Positions 55,386 through 64,000 of a DNA stretch of 64,000 nt are shown piece by piece. The first letter of the stretch is position 1. Every line of letters begins with the position of its first letter. Source of the stretch: an uncultured Nitrospiraceae bacterium (GTDB lineage: Bacteria; Hydrogenedentota; Hydrogenedentia; Hydrogenedentales; SLHB01); assembly GCA_964402555.1 (NCBI GenBank), contig CAYOCT010000024.1, forward strand, positions 27,314-91,313, written 5' to 3'. The notes under the pieces were generated by a model. The model was given only the letters and a program-made list of their open reading frames with translations. It made no database searches and had not been told where the DNA came from. The translations under genes were made by a program, and so were the position numbers.

Positions 55386-56804
55386 ATGCCACGACGGAAT
55401 CACGTCTGTTTGGGGTTGCTTGGGGTCGTTCTCGCGTTTGCGACTTTCGCCGAGGAACGCACGGAGCGTTTCGATAAGGACCCCGGCTGGGACGGGCTGA
55501 ACAATCGGCCGGATGCATCGACGCTACGGACGGTAACACAAGATTTCGGATACAGCGCGACGGAACGCGTGGGCGACGCCCCGGACGCGATTGGTGGGAC
55601 AATCTCGCCGGACGGGCGGCCGGCGTATTACGCGAAAGTGATCCAGGCGCATTCGTTCGATGACACCTTTTCCGCGTCGGGAACCATCGCAGTGCCGAAG
55701 GGCGCGGGGAATACGCTGCTCGGCTTCTTCAACCATGACACGGTCAACGAGTGGCGCACGCCGAACAGCGTCGTCATGCGCATCAACGGCCGCGGCGACG
55801 TCTTTCACGTGCACTTGGAATACTGTACTCGGCAATGGCGTGCGGGCGCGGGCATCATCGGGCGCTACGACCGCGAGGCCGACCGCATGTATCCCGTCGA
55901 GATTCCGAGCGGCGGCGTGCACACGTGGTCCATCGAGTATGACCCGAACGGCAACGGCGTCGCCCGCCTTACCTTCGACGCCTATACCGCCACGGCGGAA
56001 CTGGCGAAAGAACACCGCGCGGACGGCGCCGCGTTCGACCGGTTCGGGTTGCTGAACGTGGTCAAGAGCGTGGATTCGCCCGGGGTGTTGTGGATCGGCG
56101 GCCTGCGCATCGACGGTCGCGACGAGTCGCTCGCTTCCGACCCGCGCTGGGATGGGCTGAACAACCGGAACACGTACTTGAGCGCGGAGGTGCGGCCCCG
56201 ATTCGATTTCGGGTACAGCGCAACGTCATTTTGTGGCGGCGCTACGCCGGGCGAAATCGGCGGACTGTTCTTCCGGGGCGATTGCCGGTATGCCAACAAG
56301 CTGGCGTATTACGGCGCGCGGCTCTCGCCGCTGGATTTGAACTCCGCGCTGCACGCCCGCGGGACTATCGCCTTTAGACGCGGCGTCAGCGACAGCACGA
56401 CACTGTTCGGGTTCTTCCATTCACAACGGAGCGTCGAGGTCAATCCTTCCCAGCGCTCAGCCATGCCGCGCGACTTTCTCGGGTTGGCGGTCGAAGGCCC
56501 TTCGAGCGAGGGCTTCTTCGTCTACCCGTGTTACCGAAGCGACGGCGACGAGGAAGGTAACGCCGCGGGCAGCCGTCCTCCGCATATTTATCCGGACGGC
56601 GCGCGCCATGAATGGACTCTCGACTACGATCCGCAGACAGGACTTCTGTCCGCTTCGCTCGACGGGATTCGTGTCGAGTTGCCCATCGCCGAGGCTGCGC
56701 GAACGACAGGCATGGAATTCGACCGGTTCGGATTCGTCACGCCATGGATTGACGGGAACGGCCAGCGGGTGTATCTCGACGACATTACGTACACGTGCAA
56801 GTGA
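55386..56804 (+). CDS. secreted protein made of two tandem homologous ~220-aa domains
   Basis: The motif set DPGWDGLNNR...FDFGYSAT...GEIGG...FDRFGL occurs twice, in residues 30-240 and 250-470. Confidence 0.55.
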   Translation: MPRRNHVCLGLLGVVLAFATFAEERTERFDKDPGWDGLNNRPDASTLRTVTQDFGYSATERVGDAPDAIGGTISPDGRPAYYAKVIQAHSFDDTFSASGTIAVPKGAGNTLLGFFNHDTVNEWRTPNSVVMRINGRGDVFHVHLEYCTRQWRAGAGIIGRYDREADRMYPVEIPSGGVHTWSIEYDPNGNGVARLTFDAYTATAELAKEHRADGAAFDRFGLLNVVKSVDSPGVLWIGGLRIDGRDESLASDPRWDGLNNRNTYLSAEVRPRFDFGYSATSFCGGATPGEIGGLFFRGDCRYANKLAYYGARLSPLDLNSALHARGTIAFRRGVSDSTTLFGFFHSQRSVEVNPSQRSAMPRDFLGLAVEGPSSEGFFVYPCYRSDGDEEGNAAGSRPPHIYPDGARHEWTLDYDPQTGLLSASLDGIRVELPIAEAARTTGMEFDRFGFVTPWIDGNGQRVYLDDITYTCK

Positions 56805-56810
56805 GCGCGC

Positions 56811-58055
56811 TCACTTCGCGGCGATATCGTAGGCCATCAGGCACTGGCCGTGGCGGATGTAGAGCTTGCCGTTAGCAATGACCGGATGCGCCCAATGCTG
56901 GCCTTCGCCTTTGGTAATCTTGAAGCTGCTAACGGATTCGTAGGCGTTCGGGGTGGCCTTCACGAGGTTCAGCATGCCCTTCTCGGTATAGCAATAGAGC
57001 ATTCCCCCCGCGCACGTCAGTGACCCCGCCCCGACGCGGTCTGATTCGTAGCACACGCGCCCCGTTTTCAATTCGAGGCACACCCACTTCCCCTTCGCGT
57101 TCGAGCCGTACACGTATCCGCCGAGCGCGATAAGGCCGCCATGTGAGGTGTCGAGCACGGTATCTTCCCAGCGCAGCGTCACGGAACGTCCGTTGTCCGC
57201 GAGTTCGAGCATCTGGCCACCTTTGCGATGGCCGCTGGTGACGTAGATCATCCCGGAATCGTAGACCGGCGCGACGGAGTGATTGGGGTCTTCCGCAGTC
57301 GTGTCGAACGGATGTAGCCAAAGGACGGCGCCGGTATCCGCGTCGATCCCCGCGACGTGGCGCGCCGTGATGGTCACGACGATATGCAATCCTCCGCGTT
57401 CGATGAGGATCGGCGAACAGTATGCCGACTGATCGGTGAAGCCATTCGTGGTCCAGATAGTCTTGCCGGTGGATTTGTCGAGCGCGACGAGCGCGGCGTC
57501 TTTGCCACCCGGCGTGCAGATGACGGTCGTTCCGTAGAGGAGCGGCGCTTCGGCAAAACCGCATCGCGGGGCCTCGCCCTGGAACTCTTTGGGCAGGTCA
57601 CGCAACCAAACGGTTTGGCCGTCGGCTACGTTCATGCAGATCAGCCGTCCCACCCCCGTAAGCTCGTAGAGACGGTCGCCATCAACCGTCGGCGTGCTGC
57701 GCGAACCGGGGTACATCTGGTCCCACTCGGGGCCGCAACGCGCCTTCCACAGGACCTTGCCGGACAGGTCGAGCGCCGTCAGGACGCCTTCTTTGGTGTC
57801 CGGCATCATGCCGGTCGTGAAGAGCCTGCCGTTGGACACAGCGGCCGACGAATAGCCGTCGCCCAATCCTTCGGCGGTCCACAGCGGCGTGAGTCCCTTT
57901 GCTGGCCACGATTGCAGCAAGCCAGTTTCGCGGGAAATGCCATCGCGATGCGGTCCGCGAAACTGAGGCCAGTCGTCGGCATATGAGGACAGCATGCCCA
58001 CGAGCAGTGATGCGGCCAGAATTCCTGCCGCGTGATAGTGTATGGCGCGTCTCAT
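56811..58055 (-). CDS. PQQ-repeat beta-propeller protein, secreted
   Basis: MRRAIHYHAAG starts at 58055. The protein opens with DWPQFRGPHRDG and repeats the PQQ-like WxxxxG pattern. Confidence 0.75.
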   Translation of the reverse strand: MRRAIHYHAAGILAASLLVGMLSSYADDWPQFRGPHRDGISRETGLLQSWPAKGLTPLWTAEGLGDGYSSAAVSNGRLFTTGMMPDTKEGVLTALDLSGKVLWKARCGPEWDQMYPGSRSTPTVDGDRLYELTGVGRLICMNVADGQTVWLRDLPKEFQGEAPRCGFAEAPLLYGTTVICTPGGKDAALVALDKSTGKTIWTTNGFTDQSAYCSPILIERGGLHIVVTITARHVAGIDADTGAVLWLHPFDTTAEDPNHSVAPVYDSGMIYVTSGHRKGGQMLELADNGRSVTLRWEDTVLDTSHGGLIALGGYVYGSNAKGKWVCLELKTGRVCYESDRVGAGSLTCAGGMLYCYTEKGMLNLVKATPNAYESVSSFKITKGEGQHWAHPVIANGKLYIRHGQCLMAYDIAAK

Positions 58056-58131
58056 GACGCCTCTCCGTCGCCGACCAGTTCGCAAGCATAGCATCGACGC
58101 GGCGTACGGCGCACGTGTCCATGGACGGCGA

Positions 58132-59079
58132 TCAGCCGCCCTGGAAGTCGAACATGTGCAGGAACGAGGCGGTCAAGCGGTCGACAGGCGGTTCGCTTGG
58201 ATACCGGATGAAGCCTACATGGCCGTCGAGATAGAGGACGTTCGCGCCACCGGGGATGTGATTGAACTTCGAGGTGACGACGGAGACGTTGTCGAACAGG
58301 GTATAGACCTCGCTCTGGGCCTTGGCGCTTGCGGCTGGATTGTTGATATCGGTGATTAGGAATCGTTCGATGCCTTCGCGGACGCGGTAGACGGTGTCGC
58401 TGCCGCCGTTGCCGTTGCCCGGCGACACACTGCGGTCATTGTCGATTTCGGCCCGGAACCCGGTGGGGTCGGACGGGAAATGCGACGAGGCATCGCGCAT
58501 CATATCTTCGAGGGCTTCGAGAAACTGCGTGGGGCCTTCGGTTATGGTGGGGTCGAGCGGGTTAAGCCCGAGCACGGCGATGAAGCTAACGAGAAAGGAC
58601 GAGATAGGCGTCGTAGGGAACCCCGTCCCGACGCGGTCATAGACATGATACGCATAGGTATAGCTCGCATCGACCGCCTCGACTCCCTGCTGGCCGTTTC
58701 CGTCGATCTTCTCAATCAGCGTAAGGAGGCCCTGGTCGTCATAGTGATCCTGAATCTTGTCGATGGGGTCCGATGGACAGAAAATTAGGGCCGGGTCGGT
58801 CAGGTACTCTGGATAGACCACGTTGACCATCGGCCCGAATGCGATACAGACTCGTTCGCCGCAGCCCAACTCGATCTCGGGCGGCGGCAGCTTCTGGCCG
58901 GGGGCGTCGTTGGCGTACATCTTAAAGATGAGGCCCCATTGTTTGAGGTTGTTGGCGCAACTGGCCCTCCGGGCAGACTCACGGGCGCGGGCGAGCGCGG
59001 GCAACAGAATGGCAGCCAGTATACCGATGATCCCAATGACCACGAGCAGCTCGATCAGCGTGAACCCTTTACGGCGCAT
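58132..59079 (-). CDS. DUF1559 protein with prepilin-type N-terminal cleavage/methylation domain (H-X9-DG)
   Basis: Begins [34 protein letters not shown]. The C-terminal motif YLDGHV is present. Confidence 0.85.
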   Translation of the reverse strand: MRRKGFTLIELLVVIGIIGILAAILLPALARARESARRASCANNLKQWGLIFKMYANDAPGQKLPPPEIELGCGERVCIAFGPMVNVVYPEYLTDPALIFCPSDPIDKIQDHYDDQGLLTLIEKIDGNGQQGVEAVDASYTYAYHVYDRVGTGFPTTPISSFLVSFIAVLGLNPLDPTITEGPTQFLEALEDMMRDASSHFPSDPTGFRAEIDNDRSVSPGNGNGGSDTVYRVREGIERFLITDINNPAASAKAQSEVYTLFDNVSVVTSKFNHIPGGANVLYLDGHVGFIRYPSEPPVDRLTASFLHMFDFQGG

Positions 59080-59268
59080 GGCGGGCGCCCTCCTCGTGAC
59101 ACCAAGGATTTAGCTTGCTAATCACGACGGTGTCGGTTAGAATAAGGTTGACAAAGTCAATTGGTGCGACCAAAAGAATAGGCCCAAATGCTATAAATGT
59201 CAATAGCTGGCTGCCGACCAACCAGCCGAGGTGGGGATTCAGCAGTTTGCGTAGACAGGAGATGCGCG

Positions 59269-60027
59269 TTGAGTGACCTGGAAACCCGCGAGCCACCATC
59301 CACCCAGACGCTGTCGCACGGGATTACCGAAAAGCTCATGCGGCGCATTGTGGACCATGTTTATCCCGTCGATTCGCGCCTGCCGACTGAACGAGACCTG
59401 GCAGCGGAATTCGGTGTGACCCGGCACGTCGTCCGCGAGGCGCTCAAACGCCTGGAGGCCGTGGGCCTGGTGCGCATCCGCCAAGGGTCAGGGATCTATG
59501 TCCAGGACGTGCGCTTGACGGGCGGCCTCGATATGTTCAACGTCTTAATCAGAAAAGAGGACGGCAGTATTAATTTCGCTTTTCTGAAGGATGTCCTGGA
59601 GTTTCGAGGCAATCTGTTCCGGCCTATCGCGCGGCTTGCGGCGACTCGCAGGACCGACGAGGAACTGAGACAGATCAAAGCGCTCGTGAGAAAACGTATC
59701 GAAGTACGCGACAAGCTGGGAGCGCTTGAGTCGGTCAATTTGGAGCTATTCCGCGTATTCTCGAAGGCCACGCACAATCGCCTCTACGAACTTGTCTTCA
59801 ACACGCTCGGTTCGCTGTCGATTAAGCTTGGCGCCTTGATCGACCTCCCTCTGATGGGCTTCGATCAAACGCAGGCCGTGTTCGACCGGCTCGTCGAGGG
59901 CCTCGAGCACAGAGACGATGAGTTGGTCGACCTGTTGGTGGCGCGTTACGTGAGGACGCTGGGCGACAGCCTCACTGCGTGGAGCATGCGAGCCGAAGAG
60001 CCACCTTCGGACGTGGTGGCGGAATAA
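59269..60027 (+). CDS. GntR-family (FadR/FCD subfamily) transcriptional regulator
   Basis: The wHTH region is LPTERDLAAEFGVTRHVVREALKRL, followed by a C-terminal all-helical FCD domain. The likely start is TTG at 59269, with AGGAG 7 nt upstream. The ORF track starts at 59197. Confidence 0.75.
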   Translation: MSDLETREPPSTQTLSHGITEKLMRRIVDHVYPVDSRLPTERDLAAEFGVTRHVVREALKRLEAVGLVRIRQGSGIYVQDVRLTGGLDMFNVLIRKEDGSINFAFLKDVLEFRGNLFRPIARLAATRRTDEELRQIKALVRKRIEVRDKLGALESVNLELFRVFSKATHNRLYELVFNTLGSLSIKLGALIDLPLMGFDQTQAVFDRLVEGLEHRDDELVDLLVARYVRTLGDSLTAWSMRAEEPPSDVVAE

Positions 60028-60076
60028 GCCAACGGGTCGCAAACCGCGCCAATCCGCACAGGGGAATCGCTGTCCG

Positions 60077-60105
60077 AGAAATCTGTTGGCGAAAACGCGG
60101 AGTCA
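60077..60105 (+). promoter_or_regulatory. near-consensus sigma70 promoter TTGGCG-N17-TATAAT
   Basis: Perfect -10 hexamer with 17-nt spacing. It is followed by a ~155-nt leader containing a hairpin (atgcactc...gagtgcat) before the ATG at 60262. Confidence 0.4.
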
Positions 60106-60261
60106 CGCTATAATGGCCGTGGCGCACATGAGTTAGGATAGTGGCCGCTCCGTGCCAGCGCCGGGGCGCGGGGCTTGGCATATGGGTTGCTCTCACTCAG
60201 GCAAATGCACTCCTGCGAAGGTAGGATGAGTGCATCCGCCAAACCTTGAAGGATGGAAAGC

Positions 60262-61257
60262 ATGATCCGAGTGGCCATGTTAAGCGGCTGGCACGTACAC
60301 GCGCGCGGATACGCGGAGGAAATCAAGGCCATGCCGCACGCGTCGATCACGTCGGTATGGGACGAGGATCCCGGCCGGGGCAAAGCGTGGGCGGCGGACC
60401 TTGACGCGGCCTTCGAGCCGGACCTCGAAACCGTGCTGCGCCGGGATGATGTCGATGCGGTGGTCGTCGACGCGCCCACCAACCGCCATCCGGAAGTCAT
60501 GATCGCCGCCGCACAGGCGGGCAAGCATATCTTCACCGAGAAGGTGATGGCATTGACGGTAAAGGAATGCCACGCGATCGCGGATGCGGTGCGCGAGGCG
60601 GGCGTGAAGTTTTGCATCTCGTTCCCGGCGCGGACCGTCCCGAAACACTTGTTCGCAAAGAAGGTCGCCGAAGAGGGATTGATAGGAGATATCACATTGC
60701 TTCGCGTGCGCGTGGCGCATAACGGCGCGAGCGGCAAATGGCTCCCGCCCCACTTCTACGATCCGGTGACGTGCGGCGGCGGCGCGATGATGGACCTCGG
60801 AGCGCATCCGATGTACCTGGCGCGCTGGATCCTCGGGAAACCCAAACAGCTTTCGTCGACGTTCAATTACTTTACGGACGCCCCTATCGAGGACAACGCC
60901 GTATCGGTGATCGAGTTCGAGAATAAGGCGCTCGCGATTTCGGAGACCAGTTTCGTATCGGCGTCGTGCCCGGATTCGCTCGAGTTGTACGGCACCGCCG
61001 GAAGTTGTTTCACCGGTGGCCCGGACAACAATGTGCGCATCCTCTCGGACAAGGTTGAGAGCAGCCTGCAAGGGTGGATCGCGCCGAGGTCGCTGCCGCA
61101 GGGCATGCCGCGTCCGATCCGCATCTGGGTCGACGCGCTCGCCAATGGCACGCCGATTCCTTTCGGGCTGGATGAGGGCACGCAGTTGACGGCATTAATG
61201 GAGGCGGCGTACATCTCGCATCGCAATAACGGATGCGCGGCGCCGGTGGCCGAGTGA
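60262..61257 (+). CDS. Gfo/Idh/MocA family NAD(P)-dependent oxidoreductase
   Basis: MIRVAMLSGWHVHA carries the Rossmann fold. The conserved EKV/EKP motif is present as FTEKVMA. 332 aa. Confidence 0.85.
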   Translation: MIRVAMLSGWHVHARGYAEEIKAMPHASITSVWDEDPGRGKAWAADLDAAFEPDLETVLRRDDVDAVVVDAPTNRHPEVMIAAAQAGKHIFTEKVMALTVKECHAIADAVREAGVKFCISFPARTVPKHLFAKKVAEEGLIGDITLLRVRVAHNGASGKWLPPHFYDPVTCGGGAMMDLGAHPMYLARWILGKPKQLSSTFNYFTDAPIEDNAVSVIEFENKALAISETSFVSASCPDSLELYGTAGSCFTGGPDNNVRILSDKVESSLQGWIAPRSLPQGMPRPIRIWVDALANGTPIPFGLDEGTQLTALMEAAYISHRNNGCAAPVAE

Positions 61258-61277
61258 GGCCGACAGCGAGGTGAACG

Positions 61278-61874
61278 ATGGAAATCTTGTTCTTGATCTG
61301 TGCCGTGGCGGGTGGTGTCGTGATGCTCTGCCAGTTCGTAATGTCGCTGGCGGGATTCGGTGGCGAGCATGACGTGGGAATCGACCACCACATCGACCTT
61401 GGGGCACACGATAGCGAAATCCATGACCATGACGGCGGCGAGCACCCCGACAGCGGCTCGACGTGGTTTGTCCACGTCTTGAGCTTCCGGGCTTTGGTCG
61501 CCGCCGCGACGTTCCTCGGACTCGGCGGCATGGCCGCATCGTCGAACCCGGTAACGGCGCCGCTGGCCCTGCCGATCGGGCTCGCGGCGGGCGCCGCCGC
61601 GATGGTCGGCGTAGCTTGGATGATGAGGACGATGCACGGGTTGCAGGCCGAAGGCACCGTCCGTATCGAGGCGGCAGTCGGAACCATGGGCAGCGTCTAT
61701 CTGACCATTCCCGGCGCGCGCGCGGGCGTGGGCAAGGTCACGGTCAAGGTCCAGAACCGCACGATGGAGTACGCGGCGGTCACGGGCCATCAGGAAGCGT
61801 TACGAACGGGCATGCCCGTTGTGGTCATTGGAATCGCAGGTCCGGACACCCTGGAGGTGGAACCGGAAAATTGA
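61278..61874 (+). CDS. NfeD-like membrane protein with C-terminal OB-fold
   Basis: N-terminal TM helices and a His/Asp-rich linker, then the C-terminal beta-barrel segment GKVTVKVQNRTMEYAAVTG...GMPVVVIGI. It lies upstream of the flotillin gene. Confidence 0.65.
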   Translation: MEILFLICAVAGGVVMLCQFVMSLAGFGGEHDVGIDHHIDLGAHDSEIHDHDGGEHPDSGSTWFVHVLSFRALVAAATFLGLGGMAASSNPVTAPLALPIGLAAGAAAMVGVAWMMRTMHGLQAEGTVRIEAAVGTMGSVYLTIPGARAGVGKVTVKVQNRTMEYAAVTGHQEALRTGMPVVVIGIAGPDTLEVEPEN

Positions 61875-62104
61875 GTAATTGAGTAATTGTATAATTGAGT
61901 AATTGATCTCCGGTGCTTCACATCGACTTTGCTCAATTACTCAATTGTCAAATTACTCAATCCAACTGTAGGCCTGGACACTCTGGAAGTGGAACCGGGA
62001 AATTAGGTAATTGAGTAATCGTATAATCGAGTAATTGAAGTCCAGGAGGTCGTGTTTACTTTACTCAATTACTCAATTGCTCAATTACTCAATCCAACTG
62101 GGGA
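61835..62104. repeat. about 135-bp tandem duplication (2 units), each carrying TTGAGTAA/TTACTCAA inverted repeat hairpins
   Basis: Unit 1 spans 61835-61969 and includes the last 40 bp of nfeD. Unit 2 spans 61970-62104 and is about 90% identical. Each unit contains (TTGAGTAAT)n...(ATTACTCAA)n, which can form a >20-bp AT-rich stem. Confidence 0.7.
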
Positions 62105-62111
62105 GGTAGCG

Positions 62112-63665
62112 ATGGATTTCTCGACGGGATTCTGGCTGGTCATCATGGCGATGTTTGTGGCGCTGGTGTTTGTCAGTTTCGTGATGCTGCTGGCAAAACG
62201 TTATAAGCGCTGCCCGAGCAACTGCGTGTTGGTCATCTACGGCAAGGTCGGCAAGGGCGACACGGCGAAGTGCATCCATGGCGGCGCGGCGTTTATCTGG
62301 CCGTTGATCCAGGACTACGCGTTCCTGCCGCTCGAACCCATCCAGATCGAAGTGCCGCTCAAGGATGCGCTTTCGATGGAGAACATCCGGGTGAGCGTGC
62401 CGAGCGTGTTCACGGTTGCGATCGGGACGGAACTGGAAACGATGCAGAACGCGGCGATCCGCCTGCTCGGACTCGATCCCATGCACATGAAGAAACAGGC
62501 CGAGGACATCATCTTCGGTCAGTTGCGCCAGGTGATCGCATCGATGCAAATCGACGATATCAACCGCGACCGCGAGAAGTTTCTGCATAACATCCAGAAT
62601 TCGCTCGAACCCGAACTGCGCAAGATCGGCCTGGTCCTGATCAATGTGAACATCACGGACATCACGGACGAGTCCGGTTATATCGAGGCCATCGGAAAGA
62701 AGGCGGCGTCGCAAGCGATTCAGCAGGCGCGCGGCGACGTGGCCGAGCAGGAGAAACTGGGCGAAACGCGCGTGGCCCAGGCGGACCGCGACAAGCTGGT
62801 CCAGGTCGCGGACGCGAATAAGCAGCGCGAAATCGGCATCCGTGACGCGAAACGCGAACAATCGGTCCGCGTGGCCGAACTCGACCGCGACCAGCAGGTC
62901 GGAGAGCAGAAAGCGGCATTCGACAAGGAGATGCAAGTCAAGGACGCCGAGCGCCAGATGCGCGTCACGGTAGCCGATGCGAACGCGAAGGCGATCGAGG
63001 GTGAAAACATCTCGCAGGCGCGCATTGCGGGGTCGAACGCGGAACTGCTGGTCAAGCGCGCGGAAGCGTATCAGATTGGCGAGACGCGCAAACGCGAAGC
63101 GGAAGCGGCCGTGCTCGAAGTTCAGAATCGCGCGATGGCCAAGGCGGCGATCGCGGACGCGGAGCGCGTCGAAGCGGAACGCCGGGCCGCACTCGAAGCG
63201 CCTGCCAAGGCGGAAAAGGCAAAGACCATCGTCGAAGCCGAAGCCGATGCGGCGCGCAGGCGCCTCGAAGCCGAAGGGGAGGCCTCGGCTATCTACGCGA
63301 AACTCGAAGCCGAAGCGCGCGGGCAGTTCGAAATCCTGGCGCGCAAGGGCGAAGGCTTGAAACAGATCGTCGAGGCGTGCGGCGGCGCGCAGAACGCGTT
63401 CCAAATGCTCATGCTCGAACACTTGAACACGCTCGCGGAAACAAGCGCCAAGGCGATCTCGAACATCAAGTTCGACAAGGTGGTCGTGTGGGAAGGCGGC
63501 GGCAAAGACGGCACGTCGAGCACGGCCAACTTCTTGCACAACCTCGCGAAGACAATGCCCCCAATTCTGCAAGTCATGAAAGACATCGGCGGCGTCGAGA
63601 TCCCGGAATGCGTGGCAAAGATCTGCACGGAGCCTGAGTCGCCTCCCCAAGAAGCAACGAAGTAG
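62112..63665 (+). CDS. floT: flotillin (SPFH/band-7 domain) protein
   Basis: MDFSTGFW starts at 62112, with GGGAGG upstream. It has an N-terminal TM segment and SPFH domain, followed by a long EA-rich coiled-coil flotillin repeat region. Confidence 0.85.
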   Translation: MDFSTGFWLVIMAMFVALVFVSFVMLLAKRYKRCPSNCVLVIYGKVGKGDTAKCIHGGAAFIWPLIQDYAFLPLEPIQIEVPLKDALSMENIRVSVPSVFTVAIGTELETMQNAAIRLLGLDPMHMKKQAEDIIFGQLRQVIASMQIDDINRDREKFLHNIQNSLEPELRKIGLVLINVNITDITDESGYIEAIGKKAASQAIQQARGDVAEQEKLGETRVAQADRDKLVQVADANKQREIGIRDAKREQSVRVAELDRDQQVGEQKAAFDKEMQVKDAERQMRVTVADANAKAIEGENISQARIAGSNAELLVKRAEAYQIGETRKREAEAAVLEVQNRAMAKAAIADAERVEAERRAALEAPAKAEKAKTIVEAEADAARRRLEAEGEASAIYAKLEAEARGQFEILARKGEGLKQIVEACGGAQNAFQMLMLEHLNTLAETSAKAISNIKFDKVVVWEGGGKDGTSSTANFLHNLAKTMPPILQVMKDIGGVEIPECVAKICTEPESPPQEATK

Positions 63666-63680
63666 TTTACGCCTATCACT

Positions 63681-63722
63681 CGCGGCGCGGTAAAGAACCT
63701 TTATCGCGCCGCGTTTCATTTT
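63681..63722 (+). terminator. rho-independent terminator (cgcggcgcg-N15-cgcgccgcg followed by T-tract)
   Basis: A 9-bp GC stem is followed by tttcatttt, 16 nt after the floT stop. Confidence 0.6.
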
Positions 63723-63886
63723 GAGCTGCCGGTCTGTACGAAAGCCCCTCGTCTCATAAGCGGAGCCGCACGAAAGTCGCCGGGGCGACGGCGAGCGCAG
63801 CCTATTCTTCCCGGTTCCTTCCGGCTTCGCGAAGGCCGGCCCCTCTTGTGGCTTCGTTACTGGCCCGATTTCTTCACAAGCTTGTG

Positions 63887-63994
63887 GTGTCATTGCGAGG
63901 AGGGGTTCAGCCCGACGAAGCAATCCCCATTTCTTCTGCGCACAACAGGCCGGGAGATTGCTTCGTCGGGCTGAACCCCTCCTCGCAATGACAC
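63887..63994. repeat. 108-bp near-perfect palindrome (37-bp arms)
   Basis: gtgtcattgcgaggaggggttcagcccgacgaagcaatc ... gattgcttcgtcgggctgaacccctcctcgcaatgacac. It shares the GTCATT-S-GAG start with the palindrome at 20906. Confidence 0.6.
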
Positions 63995-64000
63995 GAGACA

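Noticed and set aside
59197-59268. ATG-initiated 5' extension of the GntR regulator ORF
   Set aside because: The extension has no RBS and precedes the wHTH by about 45 residues. An in-frame TTG at 59269 has AGGAG at optimal spacing and gives a canonical GntR N-terminus.
61871-62100. Possible CRISPR-like array of TTGAGTAA repeats
   Set aside because: The units are only 8-9 bp, in both orientations, with no regular 28-37-bp repeat/spacer periodicity and no cas genes. It is read instead as a hairpin-rich tandem duplication.
62085-63923. 612-aa minus-strand ORF antisense to flotillin
   Set aside because: The flotillin frame has a clear SPFH domain and coiled coil. The antisense frame is Arg/Leu-rich artefact.
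1-64000. tRNA, rRNA or other canonical RNA genes
   Set aside because: A visual scan of all intergenic gaps longer than 60 bp found no tRNA-like acceptor/T-arm signatures (GTTCGAATC-type) and no rRNA-like segments. A covariance-model scan would be needed to be certain.

Overview
This is a high-GC (~64%) bacterial chromosomal window, read from sequence and ORF translations only, with no database searches. The gene content points to a Planctomycetes/PVC-like lineage: sulfatases, DUF1559 prepilin-type proteins, DUF1080, PQQ and FG-GAP beta-propellers, Tat and lipoprotein signals. Coding density is high on both strands. No rRNA, tRNA or CRISPR array was recognised.

Main content in map order:
- A sugar ABC permease (93-1109, minus).
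- A 7-gene heterodisulfide-reductase-like operon, hdrC-hdrB-hdrA-mvhD plus three FeS/FAD subunits (1269-7999, Flx-Hdr type).
- A glycan-degradation neighbourhood (8159-22947) with two sulfatase-family proteins, an ABC substrate-binding lipoprotein, a GH29-like fucosidase, an FG-GAP protein and a secreted beta-propeller. It is interrupted by a lower-GC accessory islet (11.2-14.4 kb) carrying an orphan DUF433, a 173-aa unknown protein and a Phd/Doc toxin-antitoxin pair.
- A UPF0210/ACT gene pair and a second toxin-antitoxin pair (HepT/MNT).
- Two Zn-dependent alcohol dehydrogenases, a CoA-transferase and trxB.
- A metX-metW fusion, then a block of secreted hydrolases (DUF1080, alpha/beta hydrolase, amidohydrolase).
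- dnaE with the cinA/pncC domain gene.
- A surface-protein operon: a beta-helix protein with 78-bp tandem repeats, a PKD protein and a papain-like peptidase.
- An ilvD/EDD-family dehydratase, a stand-alone AAA ATPase, an envelope glycosylation cluster (GT39-like, GT9, GNAT), a DUF2207 protein and a GDPD phosphodiesterase.
- An ECF sigma/anti-sigma pair.
- A low-GC gene bracketed by 29-bp direct repeats.
- A duplicated-domain secreted protein, a PQQ-repeat beta-propeller, a DUF1559 protein, a GntR regulator and a Gfo/Idh/MocA oxidoreductase.
- An NfeD-flotillin pair.

Structures at the sequence level that stand out:
- A 9-bp tandem repeat (YATAGGTCC) occurs at two loci 38.7 kb apart.
- A graded hexanucleotide microsatellite lies in the trxB/metX divergent region.
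- Three long near-perfect palindromes were found.
- An approximately 135-bp tandem duplication rich in TTGAGTAA/TTACTCAA hairpins lies between nfeD and the flotillin gene.
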